A DNA stretch of 63,861 nucleotides, the filler included, from an uncultured bacterium (GTDB lineage: Bacteria > DAOPZR01), in NCBI GenBank assembly GCA_964637655.1. It is 4 parts of 4 records of this genome, joined end to end, with 100 filler letters (N's around TTAATTAATTAA, not from the genome) between each part and the next. Parts side by side here need not be neighbours in the genome. Positions count along the whole stretch, not along the records: positions 37,332 to 55,773 come from CAZWUZ010000037.1; 3 more parts are not named here. The stretch is one strand, 5' to 3'. The translations under genes and the position numbers were made by a program. Position 1 is the stretch's first letter, and each line of letters begins with the position of its first letter. Below, in pieces: positions 37,232 through 46,738 of the stretch. The notes under the pieces are model-generated. The model was not told the origin of the DNA. It did not search any database and was given only the letters and a program-made list of their open reading frames with translations.

Positions 37232-37331
37232 NNNNNNNNNNNNNNNNNNNNNNNNNNNNNNNNNNNNNNNNNNNNTTAATTAATTAANNNNNNNNNNNNN
37301 NNNNNNNNNNNNNNNNNNNNNNNNNNNNNNN
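37232..37331. other. Contig-join linker (artificial)
   Basis: N run with TTAATTAATTAA. Confidence 0.97.
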
Positions 37332-37586
37332 GTCTTGACGACTACAGCAAAATCTTTCGAATACTTGAAACGTCTGGATGAACTCTACCGGCACGCCATC
37401 GTGATAGATTACAACCGCGACCCGGTCATCCCGGACAACGGCAGCGCCATCTTCATCCATATCCGCCGCGCTGACGGGCGTCCGACCGCGGGCTGCATCG
37501 GCCTCTCCGAGGTCGACCTGCTGGCCCTGTTGCGCTGCTTCCCGGAGCATGCCAAGCCGCTCATCGACATCCGCCTCACCCCGTAA
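37332..37586 (+). CDS. L,D-transpeptidase (YkuD-like) family protein, 3' part
   Basis: IDYN..P....GSAIFIH...PTAGC. Confidence 0.85.
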   Translation, partial: VLTTTAKSFEYLKRLDELYRHAIVIDYNRDPVIPDNGSAIFIHIRRADGRPTAGCIGLSEVDLLALLRCFPEHAKPLIDIRLTP

Positions 37587-38814
37587 CCGGCACGTACTCC
37601 AGCATCACCTGATGCACGCGGCCGCGCCGCACCTGCTGCACGGTAAACTGCCAGTTGCCCGCCTGCTGCCGCTGTCCGGGGACCAGTTTGCCGCCGAGTT
37701 GTGCGCGCAGCCACTGGTCGACCGTCAGCTGCGGGTCGGTGATGACCGGCGGCAGCGTCAGCGAACAGCGCTGCGCCAGCGTGGCAAAGCGCAGCGCCCC
37801 GCCCACGCGGAACACGCGCTCCCCCACGCGTACCGCCTCCTCGTTGCGCTCGTCGAATTCATCCTCGATGTCGCCCGCCAGTTCCTCGATGAGGTCTTCG
37901 AGCGTCACCATGCCGAGCACCGCGCCGTTTTTCCCCTTGACGATGGCGAGGTGGTGCCGCCGGGCGATGAACAATTCGAGCATGGTGTTGAGATCGGCGT
38001 CCGGACCGACAAACAGCACCGAGCGCAGGAAACTGTCGATGCTCACCGCGTCGAGCCGGTCGGCAAAGACCGCGACTTCCTTGATGTTGACGTAGCCGGC
38101 GATGCCGTCGGCATCATCCGTTTCGCTTACCGGGTAGCGCGTGTGCATGTTGCCGCGCGCCAGGGTAAAACTCTCGCGCAGCGATACACTGCGCCGCAGA
38201 AAGACGATCCATTCGCGCGCCACCATAACGTCACGTACCTTCAGTTCGCGCAGGCGCACCGCCTTGCTGATAATGCCCGCCTGTTCCGCCGCCAGCGTGC
38301 CGTCAGCATGCGCCGCGCGCGTCAGCGTCTGCAGGTCGGCCACGCTGACCTTCGCCACCGTCTCACGGTCGCCCCCGAACAGGCGTGAAAACCGTTCCGT
38401 CAGTTCGATGAGCGGATGCAGCAGGCGGACCGCCAGCGCCGGGGCAACCACCCGCGCCAGCCGCTCGCCATGCGTCACCCCCAGCACCTTGGGCAACAGT
38501 TCCGTCCCCAGCAGGATGACCAGGGTGAACACCGTCGAAAAGAGCCAGAGCCAGCGCTCGCCATAGAGGTCGGCGAATTCCCCCCCCGCCACCGTCGCCC
38601 CGCCGGTATGCGCCACGGTATTGAGAATGAGAATGGCGGCGATGGGGCGCCCCACCTGCTCGCGCAGCCGCAGCCAGGTGCCGGCGTAGGCCTTGCCCTC
38701 CTGGTGCAGCGCCTCCATGCGCAGCGGGTTGACACTGAGCAGCACCGCTTCCGCCAGTGAACAGATGAACGATACCCCAATGGCCACGGCGCAGCTGATG
38801 AGAAAAACGGTCAT
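37576..38814 (-). CDS. CNNM/hemolysin-family CBS-domain membrane protein
   Basis: CSLAEAVLLS, ELLPK, TRYPV, GMVTLEDLIEELAGDIEDEFD. Confidence 0.9.
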   Translation of the reverse strand: MTVFLISCAVAIGVSFICSLAEAVLLSVNPLRMEALHQEGKAYAGTWLRLREQVGRPIAAILILNTVAHTGGATVAGGEFADLYGERWLWLFSTVFTLVILLGTELLPKVLGVTHGERLARVVAPALAVRLLHPLIELTERFSRLFGGDRETVAKVSVADLQTLTRAAHADGTLAAEQAGIISKAVRLRELKVRDVMVAREWIVFLRRSVSLRESFTLARGNMHTRYPVSETDDADGIAGYVNIKEVAVFADRLDAVSIDSFLRSVLFVGPDADLNTMLELFIARRHHLAIVKGKNGAVLGMVTLEDLIEELAGDIEDEFDERNEEAVRVGERVFRVGGALRFATLAQRCSLTLPPVITDPQLTVDQWLRAQLGGKLVPGQRQQAGNWQFTVQQVRRGRVHQVMLEYVPVTG

Positions 38815-39449
38815 GCGTCACCTCCGCAACCGCCGCCACTGCAACCGCAGGCGGCTTTTCCCGTCGCCGCCTTCTCCCACGCCTCGCGCCCCTCGCGCCA
38901 GGCAAACCAGGCGAGTCCGAGCGAACCGAGCGCGTCCATCCACCCCAGGCCGCAGCAGGCAAAGAGCGCGCTCGAGACCAGCAGGATGCCTGACATCCAG
39001 ATGCAGGTGAGGGTACAGGAGGCGTCGGCGAGTATCGGCTCGCTCTGCAGCACCGTCCCGATGCGCTTCTTTTCCGCGTACAGCCACCACATCACCGCCA
39101 GCGAGATGCAGGCGATGATGGTCCCCGCCAGCGTCGTCTCGGGGCGTGCTTCCGTCAGCAGGTTGTAGAGCGCGCCGACAACCAGTCCCGCGGTGAGCAG
39201 GAAGAAGCCGACGGCAGTGACGCGCAGCGCCTGCCGCTCGAAGCGGTCATGCTCCGCCACCGCGCTGCGGCGCATACGCCAGACCATGTGGGCGATGCCG
39301 ATGCCCGAAAGCGTCTCGACAAAACTGTCCACGCCGAACCCGAACAGCGCCAGCGTCTCGTCCTGCACACCGAACCAGACCGACACCACGCCCTCGATAA
39401 TGTTGTAGGCGACGGTAACCAGCGACAACCACCAGATCCGCTGCAGCAT
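38811..39449 (-). CDS. Cation-efflux (CDF-like) membrane protein
   Basis: YNIIEG, ALFGFGVDSFVE, ILADA, REGREAW; AAGGAG SD before ATG 39449. Confidence 0.85.
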   Translation of the reverse strand: MLQRIWWLSLVTVAYNIIEGVVSVWFGVQDETLALFGFGVDSFVETLSGIGIAHMVWRMRRSAVAEHDRFERQALRVTAVGFFLLTAGLVVGALYNLLTEARPETTLAGTIIACISLAVMWWLYAEKKRIGTVLQSEPILADASCTLTCIWMSGILLVSSALFACCGLGWMDALGSLGLAWFAWREGREAWEKAATGKAACGCSGGGCGGDA

Positions 39450-39557
39450 GAGCTTCTCCTTCTCCGTGTTCATGCTACCACCCGCCTGCCGCAACGTCAA
39501 CGCGGTGGACAGCATCCCGACGGCAAGTTACCATGCCGTCGTTCAGGAGGTGCGGCT

Positions 39558-40583
39558 ATGCGCATCGTTGCGGGAGGTCTGCTGGTCATGCTCACGGTTG
39601 CCGGTCTCGCCGCCTGCGGGCAGCCGCCGGCCTCCGTGCCGGTCATCGGCTATGTGCAGTATGTCGAGGCGCCGCAACTCGCCGACGGACTGGCCGGGTT
39701 CACCCGGGCGCTCAGCGATGCCGGCCTGCGTGACGGGCAGGATTTCGTCATCGACTACCGCTGCGCGCAGGGGGAGATGGCAAATATCCCGCTCATTCTC
39801 AGCACCTTCGCCGACCGGCGCGTCGCGATGGTCGCCACCAGCACCAATCCCTGCATGCTCGCCGCCGCACAGCGCGTGCGCGACGTGCCCGTGGTCGTCA
39901 CCGTCACGCTCGACCCGGCCATCTGCGGCGTGACCGTCATCCCTCCCAATATGACCGGCACCTACAAACCGTTCCAGGCCGACACCTTCGTGCAGGTGCT
40001 GCGCGCCTGCCACCCGTCGGCAACCGTCATCGGCCTCCCCTATTCGCCGCACGAGGCGCATGCGGAATACGCCGCCGGCGCCATCCGCGACGCTGCCGCC
40101 GCGCAGGGAATACGCACCATTCTGCAGCCGGTCAGCGCGGTCAGCGACCTGCCCGAGGTGGCGCGCGCACTGGCCGCGCAGGGCGCGCAGGCCTTCGTCG
40201 TCGCTTCCGACAACACCATCTATACCGGGCTGGAAACCATCGTCGCGGTCGCCCGCGAGAAAAAGATCCCGCTCTTCGTCACCGATGCCGGACTCAACGC
40301 GCGCGGCGCCGCCGTCGGCTGGGGGCTCAACTATCACGACTGGGGGTATGCAAGCGGCCAGGTCGCGGCGGAACTGCTGCGCGGCAAAACCGTCGCCGAA
40401 GTGCCGCTGCGCAGCAATGACCGCTTCCGCATCGATATCAGCGACACGGAATGCGCAGCGCAGGGACTCCGTCTCTGTATCCCCGTCAGCGGTGTGCGCG
40501 CGCCTGCCCGCGGCGCGCTGACCGCTACAGCAGCCCGATCTGTTTCAGCGCTTTCCGCACGCCCGCCTTCTCCGCCGCGGTGA
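39558..40583 (+). CDS. ABC transporter substrate-binding lipoprotein (ABC_sub_bind family)
   Basis: Lipobox LAAC; CAQGE, SDNT, GLNYHDWG; no permease nearby; 3' end overlaps the convergent gene. Confidence 0.85.
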   Translation: MRIVAGGLLVMLTVAGLAACGQPPASVPVIGYVQYVEAPQLADGLAGFTRALSDAGLRDGQDFVIDYRCAQGEMANIPLILSTFADRRVAMVATSTNPCMLAAAQRVRDVPVVVTVTLDPAICGVTVIPPNMTGTYKPFQADTFVQVLRACHPSATVIGLPYSPHEAHAEYAAGAIRDAAAAQGIRTILQPVSAVSDLPEVARALAAQGAQAFVVASDNTIYTGLETIVAVAREKKIPLFVTDAGLNARGAAVGWGLNYHDWGYASGQVAAELLRGKTVAEVPLRSNDRFRIDISDTECAAQGLRLCIPVSGVRAPARGALTATAARSVSALSARPPSPPR

Positions 40584-41430
40584 GTTTCGGCAGCGGGGCG
40601 CGCAGGCAGCCGCCCGGCAGCCCGAGCATGTTCAGCGCTTCCTTGGCCGGCGCCACGTAACCCGGATCGTACTCGAGGAAGATGTTAAGCGCCTGCAGTT
40701 TGCGGTTGAGCGCCCGCGCCGCGCGGTGCCTGCCCGCCAGCGTCAGGTCGTACAGTTCGACCATTTGTTTCGGCATGACGCAGGCCGCGGTGGAGTAGAG
40801 ACCCGACGCCCCGACGCAGAGCGCCGGGTAGAACTGGCTGTCAATGCCCGTACAGAGCGAGCGCCCGGACGGCGACAGGCGCAGCATTTCGCTGAACTCA
40901 CCCATATCAGCGGAACTGTTTTTGACCCCGATGATGTTCGGCACGCGCATGAGTTTCGCCAGCAGCGCCGGCCCCATCGGGTTGCCCGTGTAGAGCGGGT
41001 TGTTGTAGACAACCACGGGACAGTCGACGTTGCGCGCCACCGTGACATAATGCTCGTACAGCGACTGCGCCGGCAGTTTGAAGTAGTAGGGCGCGGTGAT
41101 GATGACCGCGTCGGCGCCCGCCGCGTGTGCCTCGTTGCTCAGCAGGATGACTTCGCGCGTGCTGCAGGCCGCGGTCCCTGCGACCACCGGCACGCGCCCG
41201 CGCGCCGCGCGCGCCACCGCCGCCACCACGTCGCGCTTCTCCTCGCGCAGCAGCGACGGGAATTCACCCGTGCCGCCCACCGGCATCAGCGCGTGCACCC
41301 CGTTGTAGACGAGGTACCGCGTGATGGTCTCGATACCCTTGAGGTCGACCTTGTCCTGCTTCGTGAACGGGGTGACCAGTGCCGGGATAACGCCTTTGAT
41401 GTCGCTGCCGGTGACTTTTTTGCGGGCCAT
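40525..41430 (-). CDS. Dihydrodipicolinate synthase (DapA-like) family protein
   Basis: LVTPF, GGTGE, YNNP, GVKNS. Confidence 0.9.
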   Translation of the reverse strand: MARKKVTGSDIKGVIPALVTPFTKQDKVDLKGIETITRYLVYNGVHALMPVGGTGEFPSLLREEKRDVVAAVARAARGRVPVVAGTAACSTREVILLSNEAHAAGADAVIITAPYYFKLPAQSLYEHYVTVARNVDCPVVVYNNPLYTGNPMGPALLAKLMRVPNIIGVKNSSADMGEFSEMLRLSPSGRSLCTGIDSQFYPALCVGASGLYSTAACVMPKQMVELYDLTLAGRHRAARALNRKLQALNIFLEYDPGYVAPAKEALNMLGLPGGCLRAPLPKLTAAEKAGVRKALKQIGLL

Positions 41431-41458
41431 GGACGGCCTCCTCTACGCGTGATGCACG

Positions 41459-41487
41459 AGCATAGCACCATCATCCCGTGCCGTCAA
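41459..41487 (-). promoter_or_regulatory. sigma70 promoter
   Basis: TTGACG-17-TATGCT. Confidence 0.6.
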
Positions 41488-41500
41488 CGCGCGCGCCTGT

Positions 41501-42067
41501 TTACCGGCGGATCAGTTCATCGAACCCCTCATCCGCCGCCGGCGGTTCGAACACTGCCGCGCCCCGATCGAACAAGTCGCGTGCTTTCGCCTCGTACCAC
41601 CGTTCCAGATGCTTCCGGTCTTCGGCAAACTGTTCATCGCTTACCGCCGGCGACACCTTGCTGATGGTCGCCGGGCAGCGGTGGCGGTAATTAGCGAACC
41701 ACCGGGGAAAATCATCGAGGGCGAACCAGTGGCAGACGAGCTGCACATCCGCGCCGTACCGCTGCCGCAGTTTGCCGGTAAACCAGGCGCGCCGCACGCG
41801 CTTGAGCAGGGTGTGTTCGACCACGACGGTATCGTACTGCCGCAGCCGGTCAAGCATCCGCCGCCGCAGCACCCAGTAGCTGCGCAGGATCTGCCGCGTC
41901 GACGGATTGACGCCGTCCGGCCAGAGTTCCTGCTGCACCGCGAGGATATCGAGACACTGTTCCGCGACCAGGCCGAGGCGTGGACGCAGCTCATGCTCGA
42001 CATACCACGATTTGCCGCAATTGTTGAAGCCGATAACCAGATGCACCTGCCGGCGCGGTCGTGTCAT
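41501..42067 (-). CDS. P-loop kinase-like hypothetical protein
   Basis: LVIGFNNCGKS Walker A; C-terminal FEPPAADEGFD as in AAA_33-like kinases. Confidence 0.7.
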   Translation of the reverse strand: MTRPRRQVHLVIGFNNCGKSWYVEHELRPRLGLVAEQCLDILAVQQELWPDGVNPSTRQILRSYWVLRRRMLDRLRQYDTVVVEHTLLKRVRRAWFTGKLRQRYGADVQLVCHWFALDDFPRWFANYRHRCPATISKVSPAVSDEQFAEDRKHLERWYEAKARDLFDRGAAVFEPPAADEGFDELIRR

Positions 42068-42133
42068 GGGTTCCTCCCGGGCAACGCAAAGGCAGGGTAG
42101 CACCACCGGCACCGCCCGTCAATGCGCCATCCG

Positions 42134-42162
42134 TTGACGCCCGGTGCCGCGGGTGCTACCAT
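42134..42162 (+). promoter_or_regulatory. sigma70 promoter of alr
   Basis: TTGACG-17-TACCAT. Confidence 0.65.
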
Positions 42163-42171
42163 GCCGCGACT

Positions 42172-42239
42172 GTATCTGTGCAGCTGGTTCCATGTTTTCC
42201 TCTCCCCACGGAGAGGGGACTGATTGGCTGAATAGTTGC
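42172..42239. mobile_element. Degenerate short copy of the IS66-ended MITE
   Basis: Ends are GTATCTGTGCAGC and GGCTGAATAGTTGC; flanks CCGCGACT/GCGCCACT match 6/8; internal CCTCTCC/GGAGAGG hairpin. Confidence 0.55.
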
Positions 42240-42265
42240 GCGCCACTGAACTGAAGGAGCAATTC

Positions 42266-43420
42266 GTGGAACTGCCGGTCACCGGGGTCACCCGCGTCGA
42301 GGTCGACCTCGACGCGCTCGCCGCCAACTACCGCCGCCTGCAGGACGCTGCCGCCCCCGCGGCGGTCATGGCGGTGCTCAAGGATAACGCCTACGGGCAC
42401 GGGCTCGAACGCGTCGCGCGCGAATTGTACGCCGGCGGCTGCCGTAAGTTCGCCTGCGCCACGCTTGGCGAAGCGCTGCAATTGCGCCGGCACTGCCCCG
42501 GCACGTACGACCTGCTCATCCTGCGTGCCCTCACCGCCACGGAACTCCCGGTGGCCATCGCTGCGGGCTGCGCCATCATCATCAACAGCATGGAGATGCT
42601 GCAGCGCGCGGAAGCCGCCGCCGCTGCCGCGGGCACCACCGTGCCCGTCCATCTCAAGGTCGACACCGGTCTCGGACGCCTCGGGGTTTTGCCCGACGAA
42701 GTGCCCGCCGCCCTGGCCGCGCTGCCGCAGGCGCGCCATCTTCTGCTTGCCGGCATCTGCTCGCATTTCGCCATGTCGTGGCGGCGCCACGAGTTCAGCG
42801 AGCAGCAGTTCGCGCTCTTCCGTACGGCCATGGCGCAGGCACGCACCGTCAGGCCGGACCTCATCGCGCACATGGCCGCCACCGCGGGCCTGCTCACCAT
42901 GCCTGAGGCGCGTCTCGATATGGTCCGCGTCAGCAGTTTACTGTACGGACTCAGCTACCTCAACGAATGGCCGTGGGGCCTGCAGCCCGTGCTGCGCTGG
43001 GTCGCCCCGCTCATCCAGGTGCGCACCTACCCGGAAGGGTGGAATATCGGCTACCGGCTGCTCTACCGCGCGACGGCCAACCAGCGCATCGGCACGCTCG
43101 CCGTCGGCGCCGGCGACAGTTTCCCCTACGCGCTGCGGCTCAAGGGACACGTACTGCTGCGCGGGCGGCGCTGTGCCATCCTCGGTATGTCACTCGACCA
43201 GACGATGCTCGACCTGACCGACGTGCCCGACGCCGCCACGGGGGACGAAGCGGTGCTCATCGGCCGCGACGGCAACGACGAACTGAAAGCGGAGGAACTG
43301 GGCGGCATGGCCGGCACCTCCTACGGCGAAATTCTTTCCCGCCTGCCTGCCCGTCTCCCCCGTCTCTACCGGCGGAACGGTCAGGTGGTGCACAGCGATC
43401 ACCACGGCTTTGCCGGGTGA
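42266..43420 (+). CDS. alr: Alanine-racemase-family enzyme
   Basis: AVLKDNAYGHG, HLKVDTGLGRLG, SHFA, IGY; AAGGAG SD. Confidence 0.88.
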   Translation: MELPVTGVTRVEVDLDALAANYRRLQDAAAPAAVMAVLKDNAYGHGLERVARELYAGGCRKFACATLGEALQLRRHCPGTYDLLILRALTATELPVAIAAGCAIIINSMEMLQRAEAAAAAAGTTVPVHLKVDTGLGRLGVLPDEVPAALAALPQARHLLLAGICSHFAMSWRRHEFSEQQFALFRTAMAQARTVRPDLIAHMAATAGLLTMPEARLDMVRVSSLLYGLSYLNEWPWGLQPVLRWVAPLIQVRTYPEGWNIGYRLLYRATANQRIGTLAVGAGDSFPYALRLKGHVLLRGRRCAILGMSLDQTMLDLTDVPDAATGDEAVLIGRDGNDELKAEELGGMAGTSYGEILSRLPARLPRLYRRNGQVVHSDHHGFAG

Positions 43421-43499
43421 ACGGTCCCGGCAGGTTTCCCGACGTCGCCGATTCTGCTATACTGCCGCCAGCAGGCACTGCTGTTCCTGCTACCATGCT

Positions 43500-43793
43500 A
43501 TCGGCCAACGGGGAACGTATGAATGCAGGTACGACAAACTGACCCTTTACGACATGGTTTTTGTCCCGCACAGGGTACAGCAGGAGGATATCATCGCGCG
43601 GCGCGGCCGGGCCCATCGCGCCTTTTCTTTCCGCCCGCGCATCATCCGGTCATACGCAAAGTTTTTCGTGCGCTTCCCCGGCTACTGCTGGCGGGTCGTG
43701 AAGGCCTCAGCCGGTATTCTCGCGGTCTGCCGCAGCGCACGCCGGGAGGAACGTCTGTCCCCGTGCGATCTGCCAACCGACCGGCGCGGTTGA
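43500..43793 (+). pseudogene. Possible C-terminal fragment of a B12-binding radical SAM protein
   Basis: DMVFVP...RAHRAFSFRPRII resembles such C-termini; no CxxxCxxC present. Confidence 0.3.
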
Positions 43794-43811
43794 CCGCCAA
43801 AGCCGCCGGCC

Positions 43812-44915
43812 GTGGCTGAACCGGTCCCCGTACGCGAAACACCGCGCGACATCCTGCGACGGGTTGAGCGTCTTGGCCTGCATACCCTGCCGCTCCCCGT
43901 GCTCGAAACCATGGAACGCGATCTGGCCAACGAACAGCAGGCGCTGCGCGCGCAGGCGCGCGCCGTGGAGGTCGAGGTTGACACGCTGATTGCCGCGGGG
44001 AGCGGGGCGCATCTCCCGCCGTTGCGCCGCCGCCTGCGTACCATCGCCCGCCACCACGATGCGCATGCAGCCGAGCGCCGCAAAATCACGGATGCCATCG
44101 AGGAGCGCATCCTCCGGCAGAACCTGGTCACCCGGCTCGGGTCACCCGCGCGGCTGCACCTGCTCGACACGGCCGTCATCCTGCTCATCCTCACCGTGCT
44201 CGGCCTGCTCACCTGGGAATTCCTCACGCCGGGTCTCAGCCCCGCCCAGCTCACGGTCATCGCCCTGCTCGATACCGCCGCCTGCGCCCTGTTCCTCACC
44301 GACTTCTTTCTGCGCCTGCACTGCGCCCGCTCGCGCCGCTGGTTCTGGCGCACCTACTGGCTCGACTTCGTCACCTCGCTTCCCGTGCCGAGCGCCGAAC
44401 TGCTCCGCTACGGGCGTGCCGCCCGCCTCGTCCGCGTGCTGCGCCTCGCCCGCCTGCTGCGTTTCCTGCGGGTGCTGCGCGCCCTGCGCTACGCCCTCTT
44501 TTTCTGGCTCGGCCTGGAAAAACTCGACGAGGTGCTCGACATGCGCCTGATGAAGCGCTCGCTCCTCTTCATCATCGCCTTCATTGTCTGCGGGTCGCTG
44601 GTCATGCTCTGGGCGGAAGGTGACCGGCATGCGCCGGTCGGTACGTTTGCGGACAGCATCTGGTGGAGTTTCACCACCCTGGTCACGGGCGGGTTCGGCG
44701 ATATTCACAACCCGCAGACCGCCTGGGGTCGCGTGCTGACCGTCGTGCTCGTGCTGGCCGGGATGACCGGGGTCGGGGTCTTTACCGCCACCCTCACGTC
44801 GATCCTCGTCGATGACGACGCGGACGACAATCTCGCCGACATGCGCGCCGACCTCGACCGCCGGCTCGACGCGCTCGCCGCGCGCCTCGACGAACAGCAG
44901 CCGCCGCCCGGCTGA
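43812..44915 (+). CDS. Voltage-gated-type (6TM) ion channel homologue
   Basis: WLDFVTSLP; S4-like RAARLVRVLRLARLLRFLRVLRALR; pore WWSFTTLVTGGFGD. Confidence 0.85.
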   Translation: MAEPVPVRETPRDILRRVERLGLHTLPLPVLETMERDLANEQQALRAQARAVEVEVDTLIAAGSGAHLPPLRRRLRTIARHHDAHAAERRKITDAIEERILRQNLVTRLGSPARLHLLDTAVILLILTVLGLLTWEFLTPGLSPAQLTVIALLDTAACALFLTDFFLRLHCARSRRWFWRTYWLDFVTSLPVPSAELLRYGRAARLVRVLRLARLLRFLRVLRALRYALFFWLGLEKLDEVLDMRLMKRSLLFIIAFIVCGSLVMLWAEGDRHAPVGTFADSIWWSFTTLVTGGFGDIHNPQTAWGRVLTVVLVLAGMTGVGVFTATLTSILVDDDADDNLADMRADLDRRLDALAARLDEQQPPPG

Positions 44916-44928
44916 ACGTTCGTGCCGG

Positions 44929-45450
44929 CTACTCTCCGCTGAGCTGCACGTCCGCGGTCAGTACCGCCAGCAGGCGGGGCGTTGACTCCGCCGTGTAGAG
45001 CGGGATGCTGTAGGTCACCATCCGCACGCGGGCGCCCGCCCCCAGCACATCGTTATACGGTTCGCTCCACCCTGCGGTACCGCGCTGCGCGGGAATCCGG
45101 TACCAGTCCGTCGCCGTGTAATCACCGCTGCGCGCGATATCCTTGACCCGCACGTTGCGCCCCTCGCGCCACGCGTAGGGCGAGGCCAGTCGCGCGCGCG
45201 ACCCCGGCGCCATGCCCGGCGCGTACGCCAGCGCCGAGCCGAACACCTGCGGCCGCGCCACCGCAAACTGCCGCACCTGCTCCTGCGCCGCCGCCAGCGT
45301 CGTTGGCGGCGCCGCCTCGAGTCGCGCCGCGAACTGCGCCAGTTCCCGCTCGATATATTCCTGCCGGTCGGCAGTCACCCCCGGCACCACCGGTGCGGTC
45401 AGCGCGCATCCGGTCAGCAGCACCAGCGAAACCAGCAGCAGTACACGCAT
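44929..45450 (-). CDS. Stand-alone Cache/PDC-domain lipoprotein
   Basis: Lipobox LTGC; SPYAWR, DWY..P, WSEPY, MVTYSIP. Confidence 0.75.
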   Translation of the reverse strand: MRVLLLVSLVLLTGCALTAPVVPGVTADRQEYIERELAQFAARLEAAPPTTLAAAQEQVRQFAVARPQVFGSALAYAPGMAPGSRARLASPYAWREGRNVRVKDIARSGDYTATDWYRIPAQRGTAGWSEPYNDVLGAGARVRMVTYSIPLYTAESTPRLLAVLTADVQLSGE

Positions 45451-45461
45451 AACGTTTCTCC

Positions 45462-46607
45462 TCAATACGTGATGGCGCGCAGCAACGCCGCGCGCAGCAG
45501 ATCAGCGGTAACCGTGAACGGTTCCGCGTGAATAAACGGCACCTGCAAAGCCGCCGCCACAATCGTCTCAACCTCTGCCGCCCGCTTTACCGGGTCGAGG
45601 CCGAGATCACCAGGATGCACCGGCAGCCCGACCGCACGCAGGAAGGTTTTCGCCACCGCCGCCTCGTCCAGCCGCTCCTCGAGCAGCAATTGCGCCATGA
45701 CCCCGACCGCCACCAGTTCGCCATGCAGGAAATTGCGGTGCAGTTCAGTGCAGGCAGTCAATCCCTGCGCCACCGCATGCGCTGCCGCCAGCCCGCCGCT
45801 CTCGAAGCCGATACCGCTGAGCAGGATGTTCGCTTCCACCACCTGCCGGAACGACGCGCCCGGCACCCCGCTGCGCAATTCCTGCAGCGCGGCCGTCCCG
45901 TGTGCCAGCAGCTGCTCGCGGCACTGGTACGCTATCGCCAGCGCGCCGCCCGTAGGTCGCGCCCCGCGCCCTGTCCGTGCCGCGGGATTCTCCATACAGC
46001 AGCGCGCTTCGTAATACGTGGAGAACGCATCCCCCATGCCGGCGGCCAGGTAGCGCGGCGGCGCCGCCGCGAGGATGGTTTCGTCCGCCAGCACCAGCAG
46101 CGGGTTGGTGCGGCTGTATTCCACCGTGTCAAATACCCCGTCGGCGCGGTAGATGACCGAGACCGCCGCTGTCGGCGCGTCGGTCGACGCCGTCGTCGGT
46201 ACGGTCACCACCGGCACCCCGAGACGGTTGGCCGCCATACGCGCCGTGTCGAGGCACTTGCCGCCACCGATGCCGATGATCACGCCGGCACCCGCCGCGC
46301 GGAAGCGCGCGGCGACCCGCTCCACCTCCGCGACTGTCGATTCGCCGCCGAAGGTCTCATCCGTCACTGTCAGTCCCGCCGCCGTCAAACTTCCGGTCAC
46401 CGTCGCCAGCAGCACCTGCCGCCGGCCCGGGGTGATGAGTACCCCCGCCCTCACGCCCGGCACCAGGTCGCCGAGAAACTCCCCGAGGCGGGCGAGTACG
46501 CCCGGGGCCTGCACGTACTGTGCCGGCGCCATGAACAGCAGCGGCACCGTTTTGCCGCCGGTTTCGTCAGCAAAGCGCGTGATCGGGTCATACGCGGGTA
46601 TCGTCAA
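45462..46607 (-). CDS. gldA: Glycerol dehydrogenase
   Basis: YVQ.PG, FGGES, GGGKCLD, PTTASTDAP, GFESGGLAAAH, HGE. Confidence 0.88.
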   Translation of the reverse strand: MTIPAYDPITRFADETGGKTVPLLFMAPAQYVQAPGVLARLGEFLGDLVPGVRAGVLITPGRRQVLLATVTGSLTAAGLTVTDETFGGESTVAEVERVAARFRAAGAGVIIGIGGGKCLDTARMAANRLGVPVVTVPTTASTDAPTAAVSVIYRADGVFDTVEYSRTNPLLVLADETILAAAPPRYLAAGMGDAFSTYYEARCCMENPAARTGRGARPTGGALAIAYQCREQLLAHGTAALQELRSGVPGASFRQVVEANILLSGIGFESGGLAAAHAVAQGLTACTELHRNFLHGELVAVGVMAQLLLEERLDEAAVAKTFLRAVGLPVHPGDLGLDPVKRAAEVETIVAAALQVPFIHAEPFTVTADLLRAALLRAITY

Positions 46608-46738
46608 GAGAGCCTCCTCTGTCTGCGCCGCTATGTTCCAACACGCAGAGCATAACAGCCGCATCGACGCCGGTCAACCCGCGCAGTTGCCATGGCCGGC
46701 AAAGACGTGTATGATACGCGCTGTTTGCAGGAGGGGGC

